A stretch of 64,000 nucleotides of DNA from Epiperipatus broadwayi (GCA_028023455.1 JAQFVV010000008.1:11780001-11844000), one strand, 5' to 3'; positions 39,240-54,225 are shown, counted from the first letter of the stretch. Notes: generated from the sequence alone by a model not told the origin. Made by a program: numbers and translations.

Positions 39240-41960
39240 TGAGGAGGCTGTAAAATCACCAACCAAGATAGTAAGCAATTGAAGGCAGAGGATGCTAAAA
39301 ATCGTCTGTTTGCAGATCCAGGTTGACATTTGATAATACTTTCAAGTAAAAGAAGATTGCATAAATAAGAAAAAGAACTGACTAATATTAAATAGGGTAT
39401 TGCTGGTCTTTGTGAAATTAGTACAAAAAAAGGTGAAGAAACAACTGTTTTAAAAAGTAGACAAGTATTTTGCTATAGAAGCATAAATATTTGAAGCTCA
39501 AGTGGGATGGGATTCATTATAAATAAAAGATGGAAGAATATTATGGAGATTGATACTTTATAAGACAGACTGGCAAGATTATTATGCAACTTAATGGAAA
39601 ATATCACAAGTAAATAATTCAAATTTATGTACCAAGAAGTTTTCATTATGAAAAAAATAGAGGATTTTTATATGAAAGTTTAAAAAATGCTTTTGATCAG
39701 ACCACACAATATTTTAAAATTATTTATGGGAGACTTTAATGCTATAATTGGTAAATGATTGAAAGTTGAAAATGCTATGGATAAATTTGATTATGGTAAT
39801 AGAAAGGAGAGACTGGTGAAATTTGTAAAAAAAAAAATCCTATGCATTATTTTTTTTTAAAAAAAAAAAAATGTTAAATGGAAATAGACATGGGAATGTC
39901 CAAATGAAACTGTAGCATTTTGATTAACAGAAAATATGTATTTCAAGTTTGTAATGTTTCTAATATGTTCAACACAAGAAGTGACCATCATTTAGTGAGA
40001 TGTAAGATAAGTTAATGCAAAACTAGAGAAAAACTATGTAGAAAATCAATATTAATGGATGATATCCCTAATCTTCAGAAACATTCCGATAAATTTAAAT
40101 TACCATGTGTAAATTGTTTTAAAATATTAACAGACTTTGAAGATAGTTCAGATTTGACCAAATTTTCTATAGAAATAAGAGAATACATGAAAGAATATTA
40201 AAATTTTTTTAAGTGATTCATTAAAAAGGTGAAAATATTTAGAGCTTTGTAAAATGAACAAAAAAAAAGTTAATAATGATATAAAAAAATATATAATTAT
40301 AAATTTGGAAAGTTATAGAGAAGAATAAAGGTTTCAAAAGTGTAAAACAACATTTTTGTATTGACAGGAAAATTATTTCTACATAAGAAAAAAAGATAGT
40401 ACAGAGGAGTTGCGAATGCTATATTTTGTTCCAATCCTCCTCGCGTTCAAACATATATGACATATAATAGTTCATGTTTTATTGATAAACATTCATTAAA
40501 ATAGGATAGTTATTATTTAGTGAACTACTGTTGCAAAGTATTTTTCAACACACACACATATAATGCGAACTCTTTTTTATATGTACAGTATGCATATAAA
40601 TCAACATTTTAGTAAAAATAAATTTTAAAAGAAATAACAATATAATTATTAATAATAAATTGAAGGTACACATTTATATATATTTTACTGAGTGTGTATT
40701 GAATCATGCATTCATTGAAGCAATAAGAATAAGACCAACTAACTATTGTATTTTTATTTTTAAAATAAAGTAAATAATAAAATGACAGACTTTTATCACT
40801 ATTAAATACGTTCTGAATGATTTTTTTTTTTTTTTCAATAATTTTTTTCTTTTATAAAAATATAATAATGGTCTTGTTATCATAGAAATTAGGATCTCTT
40901 TAATTATTTTTGACATTTTAAAATCAGTATCAACTTTTAATATATTCTAAAATTTTGTAAAATTTTCAGTATTATGTTTGAAAAATATTTTATTATACAA
41001 ATATAGCACATCAAATCTGGAAAGAATAATAAAAGAAAAATAAAATGTATGTGTGTTCAATATAAACTGAAGAAATTTTATTAATATATATATATAATCA
41101 TGTATAATGTTCAAAGAAGAAAAAATGGTTACTGAATATCATAAAATTGATGAATTTTAAGAATTTTTTGTTTGTTTATATTTTTCTTTGGATAGCAAAT
41201 AATTGACGTTGTGTAATTAGGTATAGCATAGTTCATGGCTCCACTATATTATTAATAAAAAAAAGATATGACATCATGAAATGTGTTTAAGTTCTAGAAA
41301 GAATTATTATTATATCTTCTGAATTGTCAAATGAAATAATGAAACATGCAATTAAATCTATGAAATAGATGAAAAAATAAAATGTTGACAAAGTTGATAT
41401 ATCAAATAGCTAAATGATAAAGATGTACCAGATGATTGGAAGAATACAGTATTCATATTGATATTTAAGAAAGTTGATAAAAAAAAAAATGCTAAAAATT
41501 ATAGATTTATCAGTTTTTTATCAGTCCTACACAAAATCTTTACCAAGATAATTATAACTTATCTATAATTAAGTTTAGATTCTAATCAATCAAAAGAACA
41601 AGCCCAATTTAAAAGTAGTTTTAGTACAATACATCCAAGTATTGAGAAAAATTATAGAAAGGTCCAATAAATATAAGTTTGTCATTATGCTTTGAATTTG
41701 CAGATTAAGAAAAGGCAATTAATTCTATAGGGGTTTTTGCAGTGATTAAAGGATCTGATCATCAGCTACATAAATGATTAGATTACATAATGATACTAAA
41801 AAGATTAACATTGAGAAAGATGTATTGACTGAAAGATTCCATATCTATAAAAAATATTGTAGCAATTTTACAATAAATATTTTGTGGATTAAAATTAGTA
41901 GCTAAGTGAGTAAAAGTAAATGGAAATTATTTAAATCAGCTAAGTCTGATATTATAAATA
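39240..41960 (+). mobile_element. Decayed RTE LINE (APE plus RT), interrupted by an insertion at ~40405-41265
   Basis: APE remnants (GLCEI, IQIYVP, IMGDFNA, SDHHLVRC) and RT remnants (PDDWKNTVFILIFKK, NYRFISFLSVLHKIFTKII). Confidence 0.7.
40409..40790 (+). repeat. Old ~400-bp interspersed repeat, inverted partner at ~42740-43110
   Basis: gctatattttgttccaatcctcctcgcgttcaaac... aligns with the reverse complement of 42740-43100 over ~350 bp. Confidence 0.55.
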
Positions 41961-44379
41961 AAATTTCATTGTGCAGATACATCACTGTCACAGTACGATA
42001 TATTATAATCATCAGTGGTTTTCAATAAATCTCTAATATTCTTTCTTAAATATAAACTTTGACAAATAATCTGATCTTTACAATTGACTTACTAATGCCA
42101 TATGTAAAGAAAATACGTACACTAATAAATTTATTATATAAACTATATATACATTATAAAAAACATCCAATATCATATGAAATACACATCATATTACTTT
42201 CATAGAAGTACTTGAGCAAAGTGGCTGTAATTCAAATTATTTTTACTTTTTTTCTGCATAAATCTCATTACATCATAAAAGTTTAATGATAATAAATTTC
42301 AGTAGTAAGCATTAATTTAAAACATTTTTTAAAGCAACTATTATGGTCAGAAAAAAAACTTTAGTCAAAAAAAATGTAATCACTTATATAACAATTTGGC
42401 AATTCAAAAATCATGCCAATATAAAATATGATAAACAAAGATTTCTAGTAATATGTATCATGCAATTTTCTGCAATAATTAACTATGAATATTATAAATA
42501 TTATTAAATATTTTGACAAAAACAGACAGATAAATTCATGTTAGCAGTGATAATGATGAACAAAGACATAATACAATATTTTCTAAAAGTAATTACTAAA
42601 AGTTTTATAAAATTTTAAAACATACTTAATAATAATAATACTGATTTTAAAAATATAAATAATTAGAGAGATTGTAATTTCTTGATAGAGTTTATTATGC
42701 TTCTATAAGAGAAAAAATAATTGAAAAAATAAAGAATATCTTCCAGAGCATATTTAATAACAACGAAAGTAAGACATTTCACTATTTACCTGATTTTAAA
42801 AATAAAAATATGCTAGTTTCTTTTTCTTCTTACTTTTATTGCTTCAGTCAATGCATTAGTGAACATGCATTCCATAATATATATATAAATGTGTCCCCTC
42901 AATTTATTAATCACAATATTATTTTTTAAAATTTTGTTTATATATTCATAGAATAAAAATAGTATACACTTGCAGTATTAATAAACAGTCTGTTTTCTAT
43001 TCTAATCAAAGTTCATTAATAAAATGTGAGCTATTATATACCACATACATTTGAGTGTGAGGGGGCTTGGAACAAAATATAGTGTAGTTTGTGAAGCCAC
43101 AATATACACACGCATACAGTAAACATTATTTTAATATCATGGTAATTATAAAATGTTTAAAAAACAGATTTAATTACAGTGATTAAATAAGATTATTTTT
43201 TAAAATAAAGAATCTTATCCAATCATAAATTTATTATAAAATATTTTAATTTTATAAAAAAAAAAAAATTTAACTACTATTTATTTGCTTTAGTCAAACT
43301 TTATATTTAAATTAATCTCTGAGAAGAACACAATAAAAAAAATTTCTTTATAAAGAACAAGCGGTAAAATGAGAACAGATTTGTTATTTTTTTAATAAAA
43401 TAATAAACTTATTTTTTTTTTTAAAAAAAAAACTATCCATGAAGAAAAATATGTGAGAACTATAATTTGTCAGAAATAGATGTAAAAAACAAGTTTGAAA
43501 AATTCTGAATTTGTAAAAAATATTTTCTAAACAACACAGATTTAGTGATTAAAAAACAGATAATGAATATAGAAAAATGATGACATTCTTAAATGATGGA
43601 TCAAGAATCATTGCATTTTATAATTTTATTGCTCTTTATTTTATTATTTTAATTCCATTTAAACTTACTGCATAGGAAATTTATTGCATTAGAATAAAAC
43701 ATTAAAATTTATGCCTTTGTTATTACACATAACAGCAACTAAAGCATAATATAATATACAGACTAATCTGAATAAAAATTTATAACAAAAGTTATATTAT
43801 ATTTCAATATTGGGATTTTTTTCCTTACTGTCAATAAGATGGCATTTGCAGATTAAAAAAGAATTTACTCTTTAAAAAAAAAATGTTTAAGGAAAAAAAA
43901 ATCCTAATCTTATATATATATATCCACACATAAAATGCAGATCTAATCTGTTATTTGCTAAGTTATAAGTCTAGCACTAAACTTTAATTTATCATATATA
44001 TCTAAATATATTAAATTCTCTATGCATATTCAGTCAAATCAAATTAAATCAAATCATTATTGGAAAACATTTTTATAAGTTGATTTTTTTTTTTATTCTT
44101 AATATTTATAAAAGAATTAAAGTGAGTAATATATGTTTTAGAAATAATTGCTCACCTTTATTATCATGGAATTCAATACAAAAGTTTATGTATAAACAAA
44201 TAGTAGTATAATGACTACTTTAAATCTTCCTAAGTTTTTTAAAATTATACAATAATGTATAAATACAGCATATTGGTAAATCATACTCACTGTCCTTTCA
44301 ATAACTTTTCTTAAGATTTGGATGTGATCTATTGATACTATAATCACTTTTAAATCCAGGTTGTTTTATTGATTGGTTT

Positions 44380-45830
44380 AATTCTGAAGTTTTCTATAAT
44401 TTATCTTCTTGTCCACTTTTATTAAATACCAATACGTTCTTTCAAAATCATTCAGAAATTTGATATATAGTTTATTTCTTCACTCGTTTCTTTAATTCCA
44501 TCATTATCTGGAACTTTTCTGTTCTTCACACATTCAATTGCCTATCCACCTTTTCATTTAAAATTTTTGGATATTTCTGAACATTGAATTATAGGGATAT
44601 TTTGTTTTCTTATTCTTTATTACTATATACTTTTTAATAGAACTCTTTAAAATACTTCCTTTTAGTAATAGTCTTTTTTATGTTATTGTTGAAATAACTT
44701 TTCTTACAATATCAAAATGTTGTGATATATTTTTGAGACTTTTTCTCTCTCTTCTACTTACAATTATATTTTTTACAGTATTATTAACTCTTTTATATAA
44801 AAATACTATTTTATAGAATTTCAGATACTCAATTCTTTTTCTAAATGGATCATTTAAAAATATTTTCATATTCCTTCTTTTGTTCACACATTGTCTTGTC
44901 TCATCTGAAAATTTATAATTAAACTATTGTTTTTTTTTATACCAGTTAGCAGAGTTTAATATAGTACAAGTGATTTTCTTATTGAATTCTTACACAACAG
45001 AGTCTTCATTGAAGTTGATTAATTTTTTTAAATGATTTACAAGTTCTAGCTTAAATTCATAAATATTTTTAAAAGTTAAGTATATCAATAGTTAATACTT
45101 TTGTCTCTAGCTTTGTTTTCCATTTTCATTAATCAATGATCACTACCTGTAGTGAATTCATTAAATATACTACAACCTTGAAATAAATTTTATCTTAATC
45201 AAAATATTGTCTAACTTTGCTATATTTTTATTTGGATATTACCATGCTCAGTTCAATTTTTCTCAAAAAAAAAAAAATCATGATAATCAGATTTTCTTAT
45301 TCCATAAATTCAACAAGTCAGATTTGTTTATCATTTTTGATCCCATATCCAAATTTATCCATAACATTTATATCTTCCAATAATATTCTACTTCTAATAT
45401 TAAAATCAACTGTGATAATTCTCAAAAGTTGTTTAATGTGATCAAAAGAAACAAATAAAAATACTCTATTTCATCATTATAACATGAAACAATATTGGAG
45501 CATAAATCGGAATTATCTGGCATTTGATATTTTTCATTCAGTTTATTAATTAATATTATTATTCTATCTAATAAAACATCAATCTCCGAATTGTTATTTT
45601 TCTATTTTTTATTTATAATAAATCCAATTCTATTTGTGTTTCCAATACTTGGGCCTTTATGCAAAAAGCTTTGTCAAACTATCTGTTCACCCCAAGTTTG
45701 GCAATATTCCATTTAATATTAAATTTTTAAAGTTCCAATTGCAATCTTTCTTAATATGAAAGTAATTTATAATAGCATATATCTAAATAAAAAGTCATCA
45801 CTGAAAGATAATCTACTCAGATATTCTTAG
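44380..45830 (-). mobile_element. Decayed RTE LINE (APE domain and linker)
   Basis: ORF 44678-44887 (KRRNMKIFLNDP...EYL) is homologous to the RTE linker at 49.9-50.4 kb; APE remnants upstream. Confidence 0.65.
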
Positions 45831-45929
45831 TAATCACTGCAATGACTGACAACTTTACAGCTTGAAAATCATAATTTGTTTTGTCGGTTATGACTTAAAT
45901 ATATATATATAAAAGGCCAACTAGTGTTT

Positions 45930-46560
45930 CTAACTCTTAAATTTAAAGATAAAAAACCTAGTAAATTTTCCAACTGACTGATGCATGTTGCTGAGCAGCC
46001 CATACATGTTTAACTAGTATCTAGTCATATAGCAATAACAGATGCAATGAGAAAAACATATGGAATGGCTATTAGGAATTTTGCCCTACTTTCTTTAAGA
46101 TCTTAAAGAGGAATCAAAAAGATTCCCCTTTCATTTATTTAAAAACTCCTTTTTATAGCTTCTCTCTCTCTCTCTTCATATATGTGCACACACATATTCT
46201 CTCTTCATATATGTGCACACACATATTAAATTTATTTTTCATTCCAAAGCAGATTTGACATCAGAGTTCAGAGCATTAATATAAACAATACTTGGAAAGG
46301 TTATTGTTCAGTGATTATATATAGAGAGAGAGAGCTGCAAAAATGAATTTCCTTTTAACTGAAAGAAAATCCTTTGATTTCTCTTTGAGGCCTTTAAGGA
46401 ACTAAGCAGAACAAACTCCTGATGGCCACCCTATACAATTTTTATTATTGCAGTTGTTATTACCATGTGATTAATCATATGATAAACAAACATGGAGAGA
46501 TGGTTAATCAATATACATGAAACACTGGTGATTTCCTAGCTTTTTATCTCTGAGAGTTTC
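45930..46560. mobile_element. Decayed ~630-bp foldback/MITE palindrome
   Basis: Left arm 45930-46170 is reverse-complementary to 46320-46560; centre has a 29-bp tandem duplication. Confidence 0.6.
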
Positions 46561-47239
46561 AAATCAAAAAATACCATGATCTTTAGTTCTTAATTGAATT
46601 ATAAAATTGAGTTTTCTTGAAGGCTTCATGAATGTGTATATGACCGATTTTTTTTATGTAGAGAGATATTTATAATCATGACAAACTTAAATTATGATCT
46701 TTATTCTCAGGAGGCTATAAAATTGCCAGTCAAGACAGCAATAGACAGTTAAAAACAAAAGGTGCTAAGAATTCCCCAATTGTGGACCCAGGTTCCCTAT
46801 CAAAGATTTTATTTAGTTAACTACACTTGCAGAATAATTTCAAATGAAAGAAAATGTTACAAACCTAAAAAACTGTCTGATATTAAAGAACATTTCTGGA
46901 CTTTACAAAGTTAAAAAAAAAGAGGTAGATTCATTTGAAAAGTGAACATGTCCTTTTTACTAAAAAGACACAAATATTTGAAACACAATTGGAGTGGAAT
47001 TCATTATAAAGGAACAGAACTGTATTTGGAGATAGATGTTATATTATGAAGAATGCCAAAATTAATTATTTAAATTAACAGAAGATACCAAATAAAATCA
47101 CCCAAATATCACATGATCACCATTTCCTATGCTTTCACAAGCTGTTAATTACAGTATGTGATGTGTTGTATTTTGGCTTCTCCTTAAACAAAGTCAAGAA
47201 TATCTCAGCAATTATGCCCAGATAAACCTGTTAGCCACT

Positions 47240-48990
47240 TTATTTTCCATTCCCCACTCTTAAGTCTTCCCATATTCTGTGCCATCCCATTTCCACAACA
47301 TAATTTTTGTCAACTCTATGGCCTTTATATTTAAATCCCCCTTATCTTTTCGCAAACCCAGCATAAAAACCAATAACTCACTTTCTGTATAGTCACTTTG
47401 TTCATACCTATTCTCCCATAACTTCATTATCTGTACCCTTTCTGCTTTCAAGCATTTACATTCAATCAACAGATGCCTAATATTTTCTATACATCCCTTA
47501 CACAATTTGCACACTATCAACCATAGTTTTCCATTTACATGTATATTCTCTTGTTGCTAAAGATCCCGTTCGAGCCTTAAACAATAAACTACTTTCCTTA
47601 CTATTATCATAAATTAACTCGCATCCAATATTCCGTTTACTTCTATATATATTTAAACTCTTTTTACCCTCCATACTAGTTCTCCATCTCTTTAACTCCC
47701 TATTTTTTATTAATGCTTCTATTCTTTTATCCCATTCCTTATCACTATAACACTCAACAATCCTCCTTACACAATCATCCCACTTTTTATACAAGTATAC
47801 TGAAATAAATTCTTTATCCAAATCTTTTGCATACCGCATTACCTTTCTCATCCATCTTGTTACCTGCCCTTTACTCATAACCCAATTAAACACTATTTTG
47901 GCTATTCTTTTACTATCCATAAACGTGCAACCTACCAAACATTTTCATTTTACTTTTTGCATCTTTCATATAAAAACTTGACCATCCCATTTCTCCTTGA
48001 ATTGCCTCCTTTGCTGTCCACATCTCTGCATCTAATGCATGTCTTCCTACTTCCCTTTGTACTTTCTCTAAATAATCTAAAACCCTTTTACTAACACATA
48101 ATGCATCATTACCATATGTTAACCCTGCTACTGCAACTCCCATACAATTCTAGCTACATTTATTATATGAAAATACTGTTAGTTTCTTTACCAAACCCTT
48201 TCTTTTCTTTACTTCATTTATCAATTTTTTCTCCCATTCATCTAAGCAATTTTCCTGATTACATAAGAAGATCCCCAAATACCTATATCTATCCACCACA
48301 CTTAACTTTATATCCCCCAATAAAAATTCTACTTTTTCTCTTTCCCCAGTATTAACCATCATTATATTTGATTTTTCTTCACTAAATTTAATCCCCATCT
48401 CTTTACCCACTCTTGCACATGTCCTCAACATAATTTCCATATCTTCTCTTCTTTCTGCAGACAAAAAGATATCATCCGCAAAAAAAAGACCCGACAAAGT
48501 ATATACTCCCTTGCCACCTATTAACGGTATCTCTACCCCTCTTCCTAATCTTTCTATTGCTTTCTCCATTTCACTCAAAAACAAAATAGGTGACATAGGG
48601 CATCCTTGCCTTAATCCCACCCCATTTTTAACTTTAACTGATTCTATATCCCCTAATTGGTAAGTATAATAATTATTTTCATATAATTTCTTAATAATAT
48701 TTACTAAAGTTTCATCCATTCCCAAATTTGCTAACATTACCCATAATCTATTTCTATTTACTCTATCATATGCTTTCTCTATATCTATAAAGCTCATATA
48801 TAACGATCTACCTGAATTCCTACTCCATCTCCATAAGTTGTGTAACTACAAACAAACTATCTCCTATACACCTATCTGATCTAAAATCTCCTTGCATTTC
48901 CCCCACTACATTATTCTCTTCCATCCATTTTACAACTCATCCAGCTACCATATATGAGAAAAATTTATATAAAACTGATGTTACTGCTAT
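47240..48990 (-). mobile_element. 5'-truncated RTE-X-like non-LTR retrotransposon (RT plus C-terminal CCHC), frameshifted
   Basis: FIDIEKAYDRV, GLRQGCPMSPILF, FFADD, YRYLGI, YDNSKESSLLFKARTGSL, CKLCKGCIENIRHLLIEC across ORFs 48150-48797, 47913-48143, 47498-47938 and 47260-47520. Confidence 0.85.
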
Positions 48991-49378
48991 CGTAACTCTC
49001 ATACAGCAATGCCACCCAGTGTAAGCCTTAGTAATCAATGGATACAAGAAGGTTTATGCATAAAATCTCTATCTAGTGCCAAGTCATCCAATATCGCCAG
49101 AGTTGTTTCTAGCTAGTGGCTTTCATCAATAATATTATTGTGTTTAATTTTGACCTCATAGCTTTATAGTTAACTAAATAGGTAAAAGGTGGCTGTTGGA
49201 GGGTTGCATTAGATCCTAAGATCTAGATGCAGTGCTCTCAGATACAAGGCTCCTCACTGATGAAAATCACAGTCTAGAAATTAAACTGGAGATGTTAGGG
49301 ATTTTATGCACAAACTTTTTTGCATCCATTGATTATTAAGGCTTGTACTGGATGGCACTACTGTATAGAGAGCTTGCT
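48990..49378. mobile_element. Hammerhead repeat family copy (inverted arms); terminus displaced to ~47100-47155 by the RTE-X insertion
   Basis: Forward arm 48990-49135 and reverse arm 49160-49378. Decayed hammerhead TCCTCA-CTGATGA-...-GAAA at 49251-49291 on the plus strand. Confidence 0.65.
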
Positions 49379-51415
49379 ACTATTAAGATACCAACTACTG
49401 ATAATTCAAGTTTTTGCCCCAACAAGTTCTCATTGTGATGAGGAAGTAGGATATTTTTATATGGATGTATAAAATGTTTTTGATCAGACTAAGCTCAAAT
49501 TGGTAAATAATTAAAAGATGAAAATAGTATGGTTAAATTTGGTTATGAGACAAAAATAAAAGAGTGCACAGGCTATAGTAGTGTCAATTTTTTCTTTGAA
49601 AAAAATGCAAAACAGAAATGGATATAGGAAATATCCAAATGAAAGTACATCAAAATTCAATTATATTTTGATTAACAGAAAATATTTTTCTGTAATTGTT
49701 AATAGATTCCATATAGGAAATGGTCTTCAATTAGTAAGAATACAAAATTAGAAAAATAAAAATAAGAAAAACAGTATCAACAATTGAATTACCACCATAA
49801 ATATTTCAATGAATTTAAATTAGAATTTGCAAATCATTTAAAAACATTTACAGACTTTGAAGATGATTCAGATTTGACTGAACTACAATGAAGATAGCTG
49901 GTATAAAAAACAGCAATGCGCCAGTAAAGACAAGACAATGCTGGGAGAAAAGAAGGAATATGAAAATATATATAAATAATCCATTAAAACAAAATGAATA
50001 TTTAGAATTTTGTAAACTGGTGTGAAACAGAGTTAATAATGATATAAGAAAATATAATTGTAAACTGGCAAGGAAAGCTATAAAAGAAAATATTTTGGCA
50101 ACAATTGAATTACCACCTTAAGAAATATTCCAATGAATTTAAATTAGAATTTGCAAATCATTTAAAAATATTAACAGACTTTGAAGATGATCCAGATTTG
50201 ACTAAAAACAATAAGATAACTGATACTATATTAAGAACTACAATAAAAATAGCTGGTACAAAAAACAGCAATGCACCAGTAAAGACAAGACAATGCTGGA
50301 AGAAAAGAAGGAATATGAAAATATATATGAATAATCCATTAAAGCAAAATAAATATTTAGAATTTTGTAAACTGGTATGAAATAAAGTTAATAATGATGT
50401 AAGAAAATATAATTGTAAACTGGCAAGGAAAGCTATAAAAGAGAATATTTTGGCAACAATTGAATTACCACCTTCAGAAATATTCCAATGAATTTAAATT
50501 AGAATTTGAAAATCATTTAAAAATATTAACAGACTTTGAAGATGATCCAGATTTGACTAAAAACAATAAGATAACTGATACTATATTAAGAACTACAATA
50601 AAAATAGCTGGTACAAAAAACAGCAATGCGCCAGTATTGTATTTGGAATAATAATAATAATAACTCCAGAAGTAAAAATAAAAAGGCAGTTTTTAAAAAT
50701 ACAAGTAAAAAACGTTATGGGGGTTTTGATTAAAATATGGAAATAAGATAGATTGTTTTATATGATAACATTCATTAATTAAAATCTAAATCAAACATTC
50801 ACTAATTAAAGTCTAAAATAAGGATTTACTAATTGAAGTAAAGTAATGATTTCTAATTAAAAACGAAAGTACAATTAATTAATTAATTAAAAGGACTGAT
50901 AAGAATCAAGCGAAAGCAGAACAAAGGAGAAAAAGAAAGCGAAGCCGGGTAATTTTAAAACACAGAATATATTTCCAGCTTGCTGTGTGACCGGAGTGGG
51001 AATCTTTATATAGAGAAAGGGATATACGAACAACGGAGGTATAACCCAGAACTAGAGGAGTCTGAAGGTTCCAAGATCCGTATAGGTAATTACAGATCTT
51101 CTCAATCTTATTATTATTTTTGTACGCCTAAAATGGCTAATTTTAGAATACGGAATAATTAAAATATTAATAGACTTTAAGAAGAGGTTTTGGCAAACCG
51201 GCCATCTTAGAATAGAACTGTTAGTGGGGAAATCGGACACGCGATTATGTATATAATTTCTTATATGTGTTATGAACTCAAAATTGTTATAAACTAAAAT
51301 ATAAATAAATTGCTGTATTCTATTTGTAGTAAAATTCTCTTTATTTATTTAATTTGTTACATGTGAATACAAAGCAAATTGGCGCAGTCAGTTGAACGAA
51401 CTTGTAGATAAGAAA

Positions 51416-54117
51416 ATGTCGATTGGACAGGGGTCAATATCTGAATTTAATGTAGAAAATCCAGGGGAATGGCCATTATATAGAATTCAGTTGCAGAATT
51501 TTTTTAAGTTGAACGAAATTACGGACAATAGTAGAAAAGTGGCAGCTTTATTATGTTTGTCAGGGACGAGATTAATAGGAATAGTAAATAAGTTATTTGA
51601 GGGACCTATTTCGGACTCAGTCGAATATGAAGAAATAGTACAGAAAATAACAGATTATTTCAGCCCGCAACCGTCTAAATTCATAGCAAGATTGGCATTG
51701 CGTAACAGAAGGCAAGCAAACGGTGAAAAAATAAAAGAGTATGACATAGCATTAAGGCAGTTGATAAAAGACTGTCAATATGGAAATTATGGTGACCAAG
51801 CTTTATTAGATCAGTTGCTTTGGGGAATGGCAGATGAAAGGTTAAGACAAAACCTATTAACAGAATCAGATTTGACTTATGAATTGGCGATCAAAAAGGG
51901 TAACGCTTTTGAAGCAGTTTTAGAACAGGCTGCAGCATTTAGAAATAAGACCGAAGTAGAAAATAGAGCGACTATATATAAAACGGAAAATAGTTTTACG
52001 CGTACAACACTGAAGGCAGACACAGAAAAAAATGATGTATGGAAATGTTATTGTTGTGGAAAAACAGGGCACGTAGCCAAGTACTGTCGATGGCGGAAGG
52101 AAAATTGTTATAACTGTGGGAATAAAGGTCACTTAGCGAAGATTTGTAAGAAACCAAAACAAAAAGAGAAACTAGATACAGAAAACCGAAGAGAAGTGAA
52201 GTACGAGCAAGTTAATAGCACATCGGACAATACACGGCAAGACAAAAGCCAGTATGTACTAACACTTATAATAGGTAAGAAGGAAGTAGTAATGAAAGTC
52301 GACAGTGGATCTGGTATTTCTTTAATTTCAGAAAAAATTTGGAAAGAAATACATATAAAAGACCAGTCGCTAGAAATAAAAAAGTCAAACATAAAAATAA
52401 AAGGTATAACCGGGCAGTCAATAGAACTAGTGGGAGCGATATTAGCCCATCCCATAGGAGATAAAGAACGGCCAGTGGCATTTGCATCCAGAGTTATGTC
52501 GAAAGCAGAGGTCAACTATAGTCAAATAGATAAAGAGGCGCTTGCAATCATTTTTGCTATAAAAAAATATCATCAATATGTGTTTGGTCGTAGTTTTGAA
52601 ATTGTTACAGATCACAAACCATTATTGGGAATATTAAGTAACGATCGGGCCGCTCCAGAGCATTTAAGCCCGCGTATGCTGCAGTGGAGAAATATACTCG
52701 CCGCGTATGATTATAAACTAGTTTATAAAAAGGGGAAGGAAATACCACACGCTGACGCGTTATCATGTTTTCCAGATAGGAGGGAAAAAAGCAAAATGGA
52801 AATAGAAATAAATTACATAGATTATATGAACTCAGGCGTATTAAATTCTAACACGGTCAGAAAATGGACAGAGAATGAAAAAAGATACGAATGCCTGATT
52901 CAGTGGATTAAGAATGGCTGGCCTAAATCCAAACCGAATTACTTAGCCATGGGGTTTTGGACAAACAGGTTTAATCTTTCAGTTAGTAATAAGTGTATTA
53001 TTATGGGTGATAGAGTAGTGATACCTCCGGAAGGGAGAAAAAACACATTAAAACTTATACATGAAGGGCATCCGGGCATAGTGCGAGCGACAGCTTTGGC
53101 ATGTAGCTATGTCTGGTGGCCTAAAATAAATGAAGATATTGAAAATTACATAAAGCGCTGTGATGCATGTCAAACTGAAGTGCAGTTGCCAAGTAAAATA
53201 TTGTCGCAATGGAAGGAAGCAACTAAGCCATGGGAAAGAGTGCATATGGATCATGCAGGGCCAGTGAACAACAAGATGCTACTGATATTAGCTGATGCAT
53301 TCTCAAAATGGATTGAGTGCCATATAGTAAGGAATACCAGTGCGGCTGAGACGATTAAATGTCTTAAGTCAACATGTTAAATTCATGGCCTGCCAGAAGT
53401 TATCGTAACGGACAATGGAGCTGGTTTTGCAAGCAATGAACTTAGACAGTTTTTTGATGCTGGGGGGATCCGTCACTTATACTCACCAGATATCACCCGC
53501 AATCATATGGATTGGCGGAGAATGCAGTTCGGCAAGTGAAGACGTTTCTGAAGAAAATGAACACTATTAATATTGATTTACAGGAAAAATTACAGGGATT
53601 TATGTTAACCCAGCATACTACTCCATCAACGATTACGGGAAAAACATCAGCAGAATTGATGTTTGGACGGAAATTACGAATACAATTAGCAGTTCTGAAA
53701 CCAACTGAAATGAAATATACACGAGATGTGCAATCGTATAAAAACTTTAAAATGGGAGAACCAGTCTGGGTTCGAGATGTCATACAGAAAACATGGATTA
53801 AAGGAACGATTGGACAAAATATATCGACACAAATATATGTAGTGGAAGGGGAAAATGGTAACAAATATAGAAGGCACATCAACCACTTAAGAAAACGAGA
53901 ATTAGATCAAGTCCCACTGGAGTTTTGGCAGAATTTGAACAGCAACGAGACAGAGGAAAATGAAAGAAATATAGAAAAGAAATCAGAAAAACAATACGTA
54001 GGGGAGGAACACAAAGATGTTATAACGGAAGAACTTCGACCAGAAGCACGGAAGAGCAAATCACCCAGGCCGCTTAGAATTAAAAGGAAACCGGAAAGGT
54101 TTAAAGATTATGTGTAA
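51416..54117 (+). pseudogene. gag-protease-(RT deleted)-partial RNase H-integrase polyprotein
   Basis: Two CCHC knuckles (CYCCGKTGHVAKYC, CYNCGNKGHLAKIC); protease VDSGSGIS; direct join to RNase H VAFASRVMSKAEVNYSQIDKEALA...TDHKPL; integrase HEGHPG/CDAC, VHMDHAGP, VTDNG. Stop at 53378-80 and a frameshift near 53490. Confidence 0.9.
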
Positions 54118-54172
54118 GTGACATTTATATTTCTGGAGTAAGGGGAGGAATTATAGTATTTGGAAAAAAAAA

Positions 54173-54225
54173 GGGGGGGGGGGGGGTGGTGGTGGTGGTG
54201 TGGGGGGGTGGGGGGGGGGGAGGGG
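54173..54225 (+). repeat. G-rich tract present only in the 3' LTR
   Basis: Poly-G/(GGT)n run absent from the matching position of the 5' LTR. Confidence 0.7.

Noticed and set aside
49780-50640. Regularly spaced repeats as a CRISPR-like or satellite array
   Set aside because: Units are 321-355-bp duplications of RTE coding sequence with no unique spacers, in a eukaryotic context.
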